Part shown: positions 22,965 to 36,121 of the stretch, in pieces
Layout of the letters: each line of letters starts with the position of its first letter
Position numbering within the stretch: the first letter of the stretch is position 1
DNA from: Mustelus asterias
Taxonomy: Eukaryota
Direction of reading: 5' to 3'
DNA length: 64,000 bases
NCBI RefSeq assembly: GCF_964213995.1
Contig: NW_027590121.1
Span: forward strand, 62,001-126,000
Translations under genes and position numbers: made by a program
Notes under the pieces: model-generated
Told to the model about the DNA's origin: nothing
What the model saw: only the letters and a program-made list of their open reading frames with translations
The model's database searches: none

Positions 22965-24205
22965 TTGACAGACGCCCTTGCGAGAACAGGATATTGCGCT
23001 TGACTAATCGATCGACAGTTCCGACAAAAAAAAAAATTGCCCCTTAGAGTCCTGGGATGTGTAGGTTAGAGAGATTAGCGGGTAAATATGTGGGGGTAGG
23101 GCCTGGGTGGGATTGTGGTCGGTGCAGACTGGATGGGCCGAATGGCCTCCTTCCGCACTGTAGGGTTTCTATGATTTCTATGACACGCCACAGCAAAAAC
23201 ACGCACCGACCTCCTCAGAAGACAAGTAGGGGACACGGCCGTCAGAGTGCCCTTCCTCCTCCAGTACGTCCCCAGAGGGCAGAAGCCAAGACATCTTAGG
23301 AGTGGAGAAGCTATGACATCTTCTTCGGAGCCTTCAGCGTACAATCGATGAAGACGAATATCACGCGAAGGCCATCTCCACGCCCCCACTACTTGCCTTC
23401 AAAAAACAGAGCAACCTTGAACAGACCATTGTTCACAGAAAACTACCCAGCCTTCAAGAGAACAGCGACCACGACACCACACAACCCTGCCAGGGCAACC
23501 TCTGTAAGATGTGTTGGATCATCGACCCGGATGCCACCATCACACGTGAGAACAGAATCCACCAGCTAGACGATCCATACACATACAACTCGGCCAACGT
23601 TGTCTACCTCAAACGCTGCAGGAAAGGATATCCCGAAGCATGGTACATCGCCGAGACCATGCAGACGCTACGACAACAGATGAATGGACACCGCTCGACA
23701 ATCACCCGGTAAGAATATTCCCTTCCTGTCGGGGAACACTGAAGCAGTCAAGGGCATTCAACCACCGATCTTCGGGTAAGCGGTCTCCAAGGCGGCCTTC
23801 AAGACGCACGACAACGCAGAATCGCTGAGCAGAAACTGATAGCCAAATTCCATACATGAGAACGGCCTCAACCGGGACCTTGCGGTCATGTCACACGACT
23901 TGTAACCCCCACCATTTGACCTGGTCTTGCAATATCCTACCAACTGGCCTGGCGTGAGCCAATTCACACCGCTTTAACCTGTCATTGTCCCCCTCTCCAC
24001 TCGCATTGTCTGTACCTGTAAAGACTTGATTCGCTGTTAAGACACGCATTCCAACCATTATCTTGCAATTGAGTCTGTGTCTTTCTATGCCCTGTTTCTA
24101 AACCCAACTCTCCACTCACCTGATGAAGGAGCAGTACTCCGAAAGCTCGTGCGACCACGTAAACTGATTGGACTTGAACCTAGTGTTGCGAGACTTCTTA
24201 CTGTG
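22965..24205 (+). mobile_element. Penelope-like element 3' part, interrupted by a SINE tail (about 23035-23182)
   Basis: YNSANVVYLKRCRKGYPEAWYIAETMQTLRQQMNGH. Terminal CTGATGA...GAAA at 24120-24144. Confidence 0.85.
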
Positions 24206-24344
24206 AGGGAGATCAACAATGATTTTACTGAATCACGGAACAGGCCCTAATGAAGGAGCAAATGGTTCATTGCAACACCTCTTCCCTATTCTCTGATGTT
24301 CTTCTGTTCAGCTCATTGTTCTGAGAATAGATTCAAATTGTTCC

Positions 24345-24541
24345 TGCTCCTCTCTCTGACGTCATGAATTGAAGAATGAAGACACTCGGAGCTGATTGGG
24401 TGAAATATAGGATAAAGGAGCTGTGAGCTGATTGGGTGTCTCCTGCTGGATAGGAATGAACCTCTCACCATTGGGGCCGGATATTACTCAACATTTTCTG
24501 AACTTTGAGCTAAAACAATTGAGCTTTAACTCATTGAGTTC
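24345..24541 (+). promoter_or_regulatory. Orphan copy of the family-A TCR V promoter
   Basis: Colinear with 59345-59540 and rc 9930-10110 (TGACGTCA at 24357, GCTGATTGG x2, GGCCGGATAT). It stops just before the leader exon. Confidence 0.75.
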
Positions 24542-24574
24542 CCTTGGGCATTTACTGGAGGAACGCTTTTTAAT

Positions 24575-27500
24575 TTGGAATTACAAGATGAGTTGATACA
24601 TCAGGTTGAAAGTAACGAGTGTTTTCTTGTATTAAGTGGCATGGGGGGTTCTGAATCTAACCATGCCGACCAGCACGAACACAGTGCAGTTGAGCATTGT
24701 AGTCAGGCCGATTGGGGGCGATGTGCTGTCATTTGTTTCTGTAGTGCAGTGCTTGTAAAGGACCCGGGTCCGAAACCGGGCAGAAGAAAACATTAAGATG
24801 TTTCATGTCGGGTGAGAGAAATCTGAATTAATTCAGTTTGTTGCTGAACATTATCCGAGTCTCGATTCATGTTATCTTTGCTTGACGTCGGCCTCAAATG
24901 CTTCCTGTAAAATAAATGCTGAATATTTTGACGCACTGACAGGAAAGAAACGTTTCTATTTTGACAACATGCGCATATTAGCATTTCGTTCAGTCTACAA
25001 CAGAATTTAATGGGTTAATAGGTGCAGACTAACAGAGTTAATCACCATCTGAAACATACCTAATCGTAGTGTGTGCTCAAAAAGACAGATACAAGTGAAA
25101 CGATAAGTGAGCACTGTCAGCTGTTCCTGTAGTGTAGTGGTTATCACGGTCGCCTCACACACGACAAATCCCCAGTTCGAAACGGGTAGAAATGCTGTTG
25201 GATCGTTCGCGTTAAGCGTGAGCGGAGTCTGCACGATGTAGGTTCGTTGCTCAACGTCATGCGAATCCGATATAATCTTATATGGTCATGTTATATGGGC
25301 TTTGACGTCGGCCTCAAATGCATTTACGAAAATCGGAACTGATGCATTTTAGGACGCAGGGAATGAAGAACTCTATTGTTTGTTCATATATTCGCAACTC
25401 GTGCAGTCCACAAATGAATTCAATGGGTTTTTGGTGCAGACTAACATAGTTAATCAACATCTGAAACATATCAAATTGTATTGTGTGCTCATAAAGAGAG
25501 ACACAATTGAAATTGGAACTGAATTGGAGTAAATGGCGCGCATTTCGCAGAAGCACGTTTTTAAAATTGCTCTTCACAATAAAGAAATAGCTAAAACCAC
25601 TCAGACCCATGTGGAAATCGAGATTCAGTGCGGACCTCCTGGACTTCCGATAGATGAACGTGATTTAGGCGCCAGAATACTTCACAAACAGAATAGCGGG
25701 GATTCAAGTATATTTTAAAGGATGAATGTTGTCAATCTCAAATAAGCACCATGGCATGTGCATTACGCAGTGACTCTATTTATTTTGTTGGTCAGTCATG
25801 TTTGCAAGAAAATGTTGTATATTTCAGAGGTATCCAATTCAGAATGAGGACATCTGTGTTAAATAAACGTACTGAAATTAAATATTGAATAACTACAAAT
25901 ATTTGATATAACTGTTTGAAATTATTTGACGGGAGATGAGAATGATGTATTAATGATTGAGCGGAATTCGTTGCCGCCTGAGACATTTGCCAGACGAAGT
26001 TCAAGATAAGTTGAGACATCAGGTTGAAAAATCGGATTTGTTCTTCTATTAAGTGACATGGACCCTCAATGTGACCATGAGAACCTGCAGCAACACAATG
26101 TAGTTCAACATTGTAGTCAGGCCAATTGGCGGCGTGGCGCATTCTCTTGTTTCTATAGTGTAGTGGTTATCACATTGGCCGAACACGTGAAAGATCACCG
26201 CTTCAGAACCGGGCAGAACATTCATCAGCTTTCCCATGTCGGGTGAGGGAAGTCTGTATGATTTCAGATCGTTGCTGGACATGATCCAAATCTCGATGTT
26301 ACAGCCACCTTATCTTTGCTCTGAGCTCGGCCCCAAATGTTTTCTGCAAAATATGAAATGCTGATTCTTTTGACGCACTGACAGGAAATTTTCAATTTTG
26401 ACAACCTGCACATATTAGCATCTCTTTCAGCCTATAACAGAATTTAATGGGTTTATAGGTGCAGACTAACATAGTTAATTACCATCTGAAACATGTCTAA
26501 AAGCAGTGTGCGCTCAAAAAGACAGACACAAGACATAGTGCAAGCGAACTAGAGGAAATGACGCACGTGTCCTACAGCTTTTATTTGAAATCGTTCTTCA
26601 TAACAAAGTAATAGGAAAAATCACTCAGCCAGATGAGGAAATCGAGACTCAGTGCGGATCTATTGGACTTTCCTAAAGATGGCCAGAATTTATGCGCCTG
26701 AATGTTTCACACCCATAATTAAAAGGCTCAAGTGCAACTAACAGATATCTTTTCAATCTCTTCCATTTAAATGTAGTTGATTTTATTTAACATCAGACTA
26801 TGTTCAAGGTCAAAATTGCGATCTGCATTGCCCGGAGACTCGCTTCCTTCTGTTGGTCAGTTATGTTTGCAATTCATGATATTCAATTTCAGAGATATTC
26901 AAATCATAAAGAAGATCTATGTGTTAAATAACGTCCTGATATTAAATATTGGATAATGAAATACATACTGAGTACAATTGTAAAATGAGCTTTGACGAAT
27001 GTCATCTGGGCACGAAACGTCAGCTCTTTCTTCTCCTTACAGATGCTGCCAGACCTTGCGAGATTTTCCAGCATTTTCTCTTTTGGTTTCAGATTCCAGC
27101 ATCCGCGGTAAATTGTTTTTATTACTGAGTACAATTGGTTGAGATTATTCGAAGCAAGATGAGTATGATGCATTAATGCATGAGCAGAAATCATTGCTCC
27201 CTCAGATATTTTCCAGACGAACGCTTCTAAGGTTTGAAGTTCAAGATAAATTGAGCAATCAGATTGAAAGTAACGGCTATCTTCCTGAAACATGGGGGGC
27301 GTGGGGGGGGGGGTGGAGGGCGGGGGCGTGGGGCGGAAGGGGGGCGGAGGAGATGGGGGGCTCTCTGTCTAACCATTTGAACGTGCAGCACCATAGCGCA
27401 GTTGAACATTGCAGACAGGCCGATTTGCTATCGGCTAGATCAGCTGTTTCTGTAGTGTAGTGGTTATCAGGTTCACCTGACACGTGATAAGTCCCTGGTT

Positions 27501-27800
27501 CAAAACCAAGCAAAAACGTTCATTAAGCTTTCTCATTAAGGGTGAGGGAAATCTGTATCATTTCCGTTCGTTGGTCAACATTATCCGAATCTCGAGATTA
27601 CAGCCACCTTACCTTTGCTCTGACCTCGGCCTCAAATGTTTTCTGTAAAATAAGGGATGCTGATATTTCTTTGACGCACTGACAGGAAAGAAACGTTTCG
27701 ATTTTGACACCGTGCACATATTCGCATCTCGTCGTGCAGTGGTTGTCATGTTTGACTCACACGCGAAAGTTCCCGCTTCAAGACCAGGGAGAAATATTTC
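24575..27800 (+). repeat. Tandem about 1.3-1.4 kb duplication units carrying decayed tRNA-Val genes (24735-24788, 25123-25194 CAC, 26149-26220 AAC, 27446-27518 GAC, about 27726-27797 CAC)
   Basis: Repeated GTTTCYRTAGTGTAGTGGTTATCA heads. Shared flank CAAGATRARTTGA...TCAGRTTGAAA near 24584, 26002 and 27242. Confidence 0.8.
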
Positions 27801-29093
27801 CAAATAGTTTTATTTCAAAATGATTCAGATTTCAGAATTATTCTCGTTTCTCACGAAACATTCATTGAGCTGTTGAGTTTTTGCGGGATTTAAGACGGGA
27901 AACACTCAGTAAAGATATTAAATGGAAGGTCTGTGATAGAAAGCGTCACAGGATGGATTAACTGACACAAAGAATGATGGACAAGGGCAACATTGGCTGC
28001 TTCTCATTATATTTGAACTTTTGCTGCTTTCCTGGGTGAACTCCAGCTCCCCATTCATCTGGCAATGTCACCGCTCAAACTGAATCTTTCTCCATCCCGC
28101 TTTGTTAATCTCACTGTTCCTGCTTTCTGAATGAAAACTGCTTGCAATTAGTCGAAGACAAATAGTTTACTGGTGAATTCAGTGAGAAGCTTTCTTGTCA
28201 CTTAGCCCGAGTTTTTGTCCAGAAATGAATGATATTTCTGTCAGTGGAAACGGTTCAACCTGACAATTACCACCCAGATTTGCCTTGTATCACCATTTCC
28301 ATCATCAGCACTTTGCGTCCGATCAATGTCCTTCACTATCTGTGTTTGTTCTTGACCTGTTGTCCACGTGACATTTCCAATTCGGAAACAAAACTGCAAA
28401 TCTCACTCCACTGATTCTGGCAGAGCTGCTTTGGACCAGGAAGTATTGCTGGTTTGTTTGTAAAAAATATTAAATCTTAATATATCGATGGCAGTCTGTA
28501 ACCCTGAAAGTGCCGAACCCCTAACCACGAGGCCACCAGGATCTCATTTGCCCGATTCTCCCAGATACTGATTACAGGAATGTACACAGCGCCCAATTAT
28601 CCACAGCCACACTATCCTTCCTTTCTGTCCCGATATGAAATTGTTCACATTTTCACACTGGTGTGACGAAGGCAGAGCTGTGATAAGCTGATGTTGTTCA
28701 GCATTTTTACCACAATAAGGTTTCCATCAGTTCGACGCTAACATTGCTCTGTGAATGTGGTGAGCACAGTAAGAGTTTTAACAACACCAGGTTAAAGTCC
28801 AACAGGTTTATTTGGTAGCAAATACCATTAGCTTTCGGAGCGCTGCTCCTTCGTCAGATGGAGTGGAAATGTCTTACTGTGTTCACCCCAGTCCAACGCC
28901 GGCATCTCCACATAATGTGGTGAGCGACAGTGAAATGTATTGCAGTTGAAGGTAGAGTACACATTTTGACAGGAGGAAAAGGTAAGGGAAATGTGGGTAA
29001 TTGACGGGCTTGTGGAATGGGGCTGATATTTCTGCCTGCTGTTCAAATTGGTACAGGCATTGAACGACCACTTTCAGATGCTGTCGCCCGCTG

Positions 29094-29165
29094 TGTTCCG
29101 TGGTGTAATGGTGAGCACTCTGGACTGTGAATCCAGCTACCCGAGTTCACATTTCGTTGGAACCT
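29094..29165 (+). pseudogene. tRNA-Gln body with GTG anticodon
   Basis: GTTCCGTGGTGTAATGGTGAGCACTCTGGA-CT-GTG-AA-TCCAG...GGAACCT. Position 1 and T-arm are mutated. Confidence 0.8.
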
Positions 29166-29479
29166 CTCTTTTTGTTTGCCAATGCTGATGATTGATTTGC
29201 TGAAGGACATTTCGTTTAGTTTTCTCACGAAGTTCGAATTGAGAGGACAATTTGTCAGCCAGTTCAACAGCTATTACAATGTACATTGCTGAGCCCCTGG
29301 CGTCAGATACCTGCAACACCAGCATTTGTTTTTCATCTTTTCGCTACTCTTTAACCCCTAAGTTGAAAGAAAGGAGAAGTTGGTTTCATACAATAACAAT
29401 TATTGGCAGTTATTGAGCATGTGTGTGTGTGTGTGTGTTTCTGATTTGAGAGAAAGGCCTAGTGTCTGAGGTCAGTGTG

Positions 29480-31734
29480 CTGTCGGTTGCATGGTGTAAC
29501 TGTTAGCACTCTGGACTCTCGCATTCAAACTCTTTCTAAGCTTGTGACATAACTGAGTGACTGACACCTGTGGATGGACCTCATGCCCACTGTGGCTCCC
29601 CTGCCTCTCAACGCTTTGTATTCTTGAGCAGTCGTCCTCTGGTGCTGAAGCAATGACGCCAAGAGAGTCATTCGGTGCATTGGGCGCAAGTGCGGTGGAA
29701 TTTGTTGAAGTTTCCTCAGTGTTTAGATGTGCACTGACTGAGAATTTTAAATAAAATGCCAACAGCAAACCCATCAGCGGCTTAAGCAAAGCAACGCAAG
29801 TCTCTGCCGCTATTTGAACTCGAATCGCTGGATTCCGAGTCCAGAGTACTCAGCTTCACATCACAGATCCCAGAACAGAGTGACCACCAAAATGGTCCCT
29901 CGAAGAATTTGACCTATTTCATTCAATGTGACAGCAACAGCAAGTGCGACAACAACGTGTCGTTATTTGCCACCATTGATAGGAGCGAAGCTCAGAAGAC
30001 ATAATCCCCCAATCTACAGCAAATCATTTCCTTTGCAAGCGTTGGACTGGGGTATTTTTATTCACAAACACGACATAAACAGACAGAGACGCAATTGCAA
30101 GATAATGGTTGGAATGTGAATCTTTAGAGGTAATCAAGCCCTTACAGGTGCAGACAATTTTCTTTTTCATCTTTTCGCTGCACTTTAACGCTCTGTCGAA
30201 AGAAAGGTGCAGTTGCTGTCAAAGAACAACAACCCTTCGACTGCATCCTGACTATTATTGAGCAAGAATGTAGATGTGTGAGATCTGGGTGAAATGCCTC
30301 CTGCCTTCGACGGACGTCCTGTTGGTTCTGTGATGTAACGGTGAGCATTCTGGACTGTGTATACAAAAATGAGAGTTTGAATCTCGGTGGAATGAGTATT
30401 CTCATCGGACCAACTCTTGCTTAACTTGGGAAGATGACTCAGTGAATGGTATCGGTAGGGGAACCGTTTTCTGCCACGGTGGCACAGTGGTTAGCACTGC
30501 TGCCTCACAGTGCCAGGGACGGGGGTTTAGTTCTGTGAGGCTTCGGGTGACTGTGTGGAATTTGCACTATCGCCCCATGTCTGCAATGCTTCATCGAGAT
30601 CTGAACTCGGACTACTGCATTCAGAGACCAGAGTGCTCAACATCACGCTACAGAACCAGGAACACAGCCGCGGAGCTGCAAATGGTCACTCAAGGACTGC
30701 GACCTCTTTCATTCAATGTGGCAGCAACTGCAAGTGGGTCGAATGCGTTGAGCGACGATTTGCAGCTGGCTGCTGTATTCTGGGTTCTCTGGTCTAATGG
30801 TGAGCATTTGAATCCAACCAGCCGAGTTCAAATGTAGGCCGATCCTTGCTCTCCTTTGCCGTTGCTGGGGATTGATTTTTTGAAGAACCTTTTGTTTAAA
30901 TTTCCCACAAAGCAGGAAATGGGGAGAGGAATTTTTCAGCCAGTTCAGCTTCTTTTACAATGCACATTGCTGAGCTTCTGGCGACAGACGCTTGCAGCAG
31001 CAAGGTGAAGGGGGGGAGGTTTAACACAGATATCAGAAGGACATATTTCACACAGAGGGTCGTGGGGGCCTGGAATGTGTTGCCGGGCAAGGTGGTGGAG
31101 GCGGACACACTGGGAACGTTTAAGACTTATCTAGACAGCTATATGAACGGAGTGGGAATGGAGGGATACAAAAGAGTGGTCTAGTTTGGACCAGGGAGCG
31201 GCGCGGGCTAATTGTTCCTTGTTTCTCGTGGAAGTGGAAATGACTAGGGTTGGGAAGCATTTTCCGATCAGGGCCATTGTGATCTCCTGGACTCGTTTCG
31301 ATCGCCTCAGGGGGTCGGAGAGGAATTTCCCAGATTTTTTTTCCCCATATTGGCCCTGGGGTTTTTCACTCTGGGTTTTCGCCTCTCCCTGGAGATCACA
31401 TGGTCTGGAATGGGGGGGTGGGGGTGAGTTAATAGGTTGTAATGAACAAAGCATCGTAGCTGTGGGGGACAGCTCGGTGGATAGGATATTGGTATGTAGA
31501 TAGGCTGGAAAATTGGGCGGGGATCCTGGATTCAGGATTCAATCCTGGACCGGGGAGCGGCGCGGGCTTGGAGGGCCGAAGGGCCTGTTCCTGTGCTGTA
31601 TTGTTCTTTGTTCTTTGTTCAATGTCCTTTTCATTTTTGCCGCTCTTTAACTCCTCTTCTGAAAGAAAGGAGCGGTTGGTGTAACACAACAACAACTATT
31701 CGACGGGAAACTGGCAATTATTGAGCAAGTCTGG

Positions 31735-31766
<32 letters not shown>

Positions 31767-31900
31767 ATTTTGGGAGAAAGGCTTAGTGTCTTTGGTCAGA
31801 GTGCTGTCGGTTCCATGGGGTAACACTTACCACTCTAGACTCTCTCCGTCCCACTTTCTGTTGAAATTGGAACAGATGAGTGACTGAATGTCACCCGGAG
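29480..31900. repeat. Cluster of decayed tRNA-Gln copies in both orientations (29485-29520, 29800-29870, 30323-30395, 30585-30660, 30783-30845, 31809-31844) with SINE and CR1 insertions
   Basis: Recurrent GGTTCYRTGGTGTAA...CACTCTGGACT motifs with shared flanks and (GT)n. Confidence 0.75.
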
Positions 31901-32577
31901 GTTGACCCCCTTCAAAATATATATTGACTTAGTAACGTCTTTTGAAATGAATAAGCCTCATTTTGTTTCATTTTATGTCAATCAGGGTGACACACCTTAC
32001 TATTCAAAACCTCAACCCCTCAACTATTTGAGCAGGTAAGGTTCAGTCGAAGAAAACTGATCCACATTGAACCAAACATTGTTACTGGAGTTGTTGCAAA
32101 TCGCAACTCAAAATAGACCATGTTGGCAACACTCAGCAGGTCAAACAGCGTCTATTGAGAGAGGAACAGAGTGAATGTATAGGGTCGCTGACCTTTTAAC
32201 CAACTTGGAGAATTTAGAGATTTAATGTTTTACTAACAAATACAAAATAAAGGGAAATAGAGAGCGAAAGGACGAAAAGTCAAACGTCCTTGTGATAGGA
32301 CGTAAGGCTGGAGTGATTAGATGACAATGGGGATTGTTGTTTCCATTGACACAATCTCCCAGGTCTGGGTTCCAAATTCGAGCAAAATGAGAAGAAACCT
32401 TCTCGCTGAATTAAGCACTAAACACTTCGACTGCCAGGGAAGCAAAGATAACTCAGAAAGCAGTAACTGTGAGATCAACAAAGCGGGATGGAGTAAGACT
32501 CAGTTTGAGCGGTGGCAGTGCCGGAGGAATGATGAGCTGGCGTTTACCCAGGAATGGGGCAAGTTTTAAAATAAGAA

Positions 32578-32642
32578 CGCCCGACGTGGGACTCGACCGT
32601 GAGATTATGAGTCTCATGCTCTACCGACTGAGCTAGCCGGGC
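32578..32642 (-). pseudogene. tRNA-Lys(CTT) body with CAT anticodon and 8-nt T-arm deletion
   Basis: GCCCGGCTAGCTCAGTCGGTAGAGCATGAGA-CT-CAT-AA-TCTCACGGTCGAGTCCCACGTCGGGCG. Confidence 0.85.
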
Positions 32643-33482
32643 ACATGTGGGCCCCAGCACTCCATATCCAAAAATGTGTGGAGGCAAATAAAGCGTTTCC
32701 ATCTGGTGTCTCAGCTTGTTCTGATTACAAAGTTTATAATTATTCAATCTACGGAATCCCTGAGGTTACAATGCATTCCTCTCAATCATCAATAACTTCA
32801 TTCACATCTTCCACTTCTTAGCTTCACCTCTTTTCAAACATTGCACAAACACTCTTATATTTTTCACCTGAATATTTTTTGAACTGAATATTCCAACCAC
32901 TTGGGAAAAGAGCGTTTCAGTGTGTCCAAAGTCAAACTGTCTCGCCATTGTCAGACTTTCCAATCCGTCACCTCTCATTATTCTAATCTACAGAGCAAAC
33001 AGATTCATTCCACTGAATCTCTCCTCCCAGGACAACCTCGTCATCACAGAAATCAATTCAGTGAACCTTGATTGAACACAGACAACGAAAGAATAAAGGG
33101 AATAGAGAGCAAAAGGGGGAACAGTGATTGATGAACTGACGGAGAGACAGAGAGTAAAAGAGCCTGAGACAGGTATACAGCAACAAAAAAGACACGGAGA
33201 GGGACAGAGAGTGCGGCAGAATCGACTAAACACAAAGCAGCTGTCTGAAACCAGAAGAATGCGGTCCTCCGAGTTGGTGAATAAGGATTAAGTGAATGTC
33301 CGAAAGCATAGTCACCTTTTGAAAATGTCTTGATTCTTTGTGTGTGTGTAGTGCTGACAGAATCCCTGCATTGTCTGCTCAGGTTCTCAAATCATACCCC
33401 ATGTAAACCAATCCTGCCATGTGCACTGGAAATAAACTAACAAAATCCTCCTCTTGTCCAATGCGAAACGACAGCTTAATGA

Positions 33483-33571
33483 GGGCTTACCCAGAATTTG
33501 AAATGGGACCTCACGCAGGCTTGCGGATTTTAGCACCCAAAGCGAGAATCATACCCCGAGGCGAAATAGCA
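33483..33571 (-). pseudogene. tRNA-Pro(TGG) pseudogene with 18-nt intron-like insert (33535-33518)
   Basis: GGGGTATGATTCTCGCTT-TGG-G|TGCTAAAATCCGCAAGCC|TGCGTGAGGTCCC...TTCAAAT...AGCCC. Confidence 0.8.
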
Positions 33572-33844
33572 ATCGTGATAAATGCAAGTCAGCTAAATGT
33601 ATTTTCACTGCCATCCAAAGCGGATCATACACCTGCACTGAACGGTGATAATGCTGGAAAAATCTCAGGAAGTAATACAGAGTGTGCACAGGAAACAAAG
33701 CTCATCTTTGAATCCCAAGGCTTTTCATTAACATTGGGAATGGTTAGAAATGTAGGAAGTTTAAAACAAGTGAAATCCAGCAGGGAGGAAACATATCTGA
33801 GCTGTTCGAATTCTGCCGAAAGGACCACAACTTAAATTGAATTT

Positions 33845-33931
33845 GGCAGCGGTGGGATTCAGACTCAAACTCACACCGCCTCAGAAACTGAAGCCTTAAT
33901 CCAGCGCCTTAGACCGTTCGGCTACGGGAGC
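33845..33931 (-). pseudogene. tRNA-Leu(AAG) pseudogene
   Basis: GTAGCCGAACGGTCTAAGGCGCTGGATTAAGGCTTCAG...GAATCCCACCGCTGCCA. Flank 33930-34600 is an inverted paralogue of 16600-17260 and 22140-22800. Confidence 0.8.
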
Positions 33932-36043
33932 AGAAAAATAATCATTCTAATCCTGCAATTTACTGATATTGTTACTGAAATACATTGGAAGCAACTGAGT
34001 TGGGAACGGCCGTCAGGAGCCTGCACCTTCACTGAGTCAACTCATCCTGAACTGTTCAACAAACAGAAATCATCTCCAGTCAGAAACACAATGAGCTGCA
34101 ATAAAGGCCCAGCACCATTTAAATTGTCCTTAGCCTCGCCTGTTTCCCAAACTCCTGACAGAAATGACAAAAAAACTTCCTGTTGGAAGTCTTCACTTCC
34201 GGACACGAGGCGAGATTGTGTTTGATATGTTCCACCAGGCAATAACTGACATCTGTTTTCACGGTTTGGATGCGAGGAATAAATCTTCATTTACTGACCT
34301 GCAATCACAACATCAGTGAAAATGTCAATCTCTAACCCCCAGAGCAGCAGTTTACAGTGTGTTTTAGAATTTGCTTTATCCACGCTACTTTTGTTATTTT
34401 TATTTTCATACTTTCACCACAAACAAGTTTTTCCTGCAAAATGGCACATTCTGCTTCAACACAGTGATGTGTTCAACCAATGAAAACACACAGCAATCAA
34501 TCCACTGCAGTTAACACTTTCGCTTCCGACGGTTCGGAACTGGACAGAAACATTTCCAAATGTTTTTCAATGCAGAGTGAGGGAAACATTTCATATTTCG
34601 CTGACAGTGTAATCGGTAAAAATCTGGCCAATCATAATCCAGATTTTCCCTTGCATCACCATCTCTATTGCTCGTGCTTTGCAGACCATCACTGCCCTTC
34701 TCTTTCTGTGCTTGTTCTTGAACTGTTGAACATGTGACATTTCCAGCTCTGATGATGTAAACTTACAATCCTTACTCGGCTGATTCTAGTAGATCTGCTT
34801 TCGATCAAAGAGTAAATCACCTTATTTTTAATCGTTTGCTGAGAATATTTTCTTCTTGAGCGAGAGTTGAAACCAAATATCACTGGGAGAGTGCTAAACA
34901 CAAACCAGTGGACTACCAGGGTAACTGGTGAACTGAGGTTTTCGAATTATATCCCTTTGCTTATTATTTTCATCCCTGATCGTTTTCACTCGATAGAAGT
35001 TTCTCCTTCAAAGTGTCCTGTTTGTATGGAACAGAGGTACTTCCTTCAGCCAGTGAGGACACCAATTAAGTTCGCTGGGACAAGAAATTGACAGTGAGTG
35101 AAATCGTCCCACCAGATGCTGAAGTGATCGAGGTATATAAAATTGTAAAAGAATTGATCGAATAAATGTAGACTAAATGTTTCATCTTTTCGGGCAATCG
35201 AGAAGAAGAGGTCACATGTATATTAAAGCAAGATACTGTGGGTGCTGGACTCTGAAAACCCCCCAGGAAAAGCTGGAAAATCTCAGCTGGTCTGACAGCC
35301 TCTGTGGGGAAAGGATAGAGCCAATATTTCGAGTCGAGATGACATTTTGTCAGAGCTAGTGTTTCATATATAGGTTGAGAGGCGGTGGACGTAAAACTGA
35401 GATGCTGAGTAACCACGTATTGCTGACAGTCGTGGATTTGTGGAATTTCCTGCCCCATAGCATGGTGGATTCTGAATCTTTAAACGTTTTCAAGAAAGAG
35501 AACAGGTGGGGACGTAGATTTGTGACCAGGGAGAGATCAGTCATGAACTGATTGAATGCAGGCTCGAAGAGCTGTATTTGCCTACTTCTGATCTTAGTTC
35601 CTATGTTCTTAAGTGTAATTGTCAATTTTCAAAACCCACAACCACATCAATGTGACAGGTGTGCAATCTATGTACAGCACATCCACAGGTTCCCCTTTAG
35701 CCCTTGACTCCTGTAAAGAACTTTGGACTGGCCTCATTCTATGGTGGAATCACTTTGTGATTTTTTTTTTGTGTCTCCCATCTAATCTCTCCTGACTTCC
35801 ACCTCATCAGCTGTTGTTATGTTTCTTCCCTCCTGGATGTCACTTGTTTAAAACGTCGTACATTTCTAACCATTTCCAGTTTAAATTACACGTCACGGAG
35901 GTGAAAAATTGAACTTTCTTTCCCTGTGCACACAAGAGTCCTGACTTCCCGCCTTTTTTTCAGCACTTTCACTTTCACTGCAGATGTCTGATCAGATTTT
36001 GATGGCAATGGGAATGTAATGCCGAAACTGCTTTCCTCACGGT

Positions 36044-36121
36044 GGCTCGTAGGTCTGGGGGTACCATTCTGGCTTTGGGTATTAAGATCCACAAAGTCGC
36101 AAGAGGTCCCGAACAAGTCCT
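36044..36121 (+). pseudogene. tRNA-Pro(TGG) pseudogene with 18-nt intron-like insert (36080-36097) and T-arm deletion
   Basis: GGCTCGTAGGTCTGGGGGTACCATTCTGGCTT-TGG-G|TATTAAGATCCACAAAGT|CGCAAGAGGTCCCG. Confidence 0.8.
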
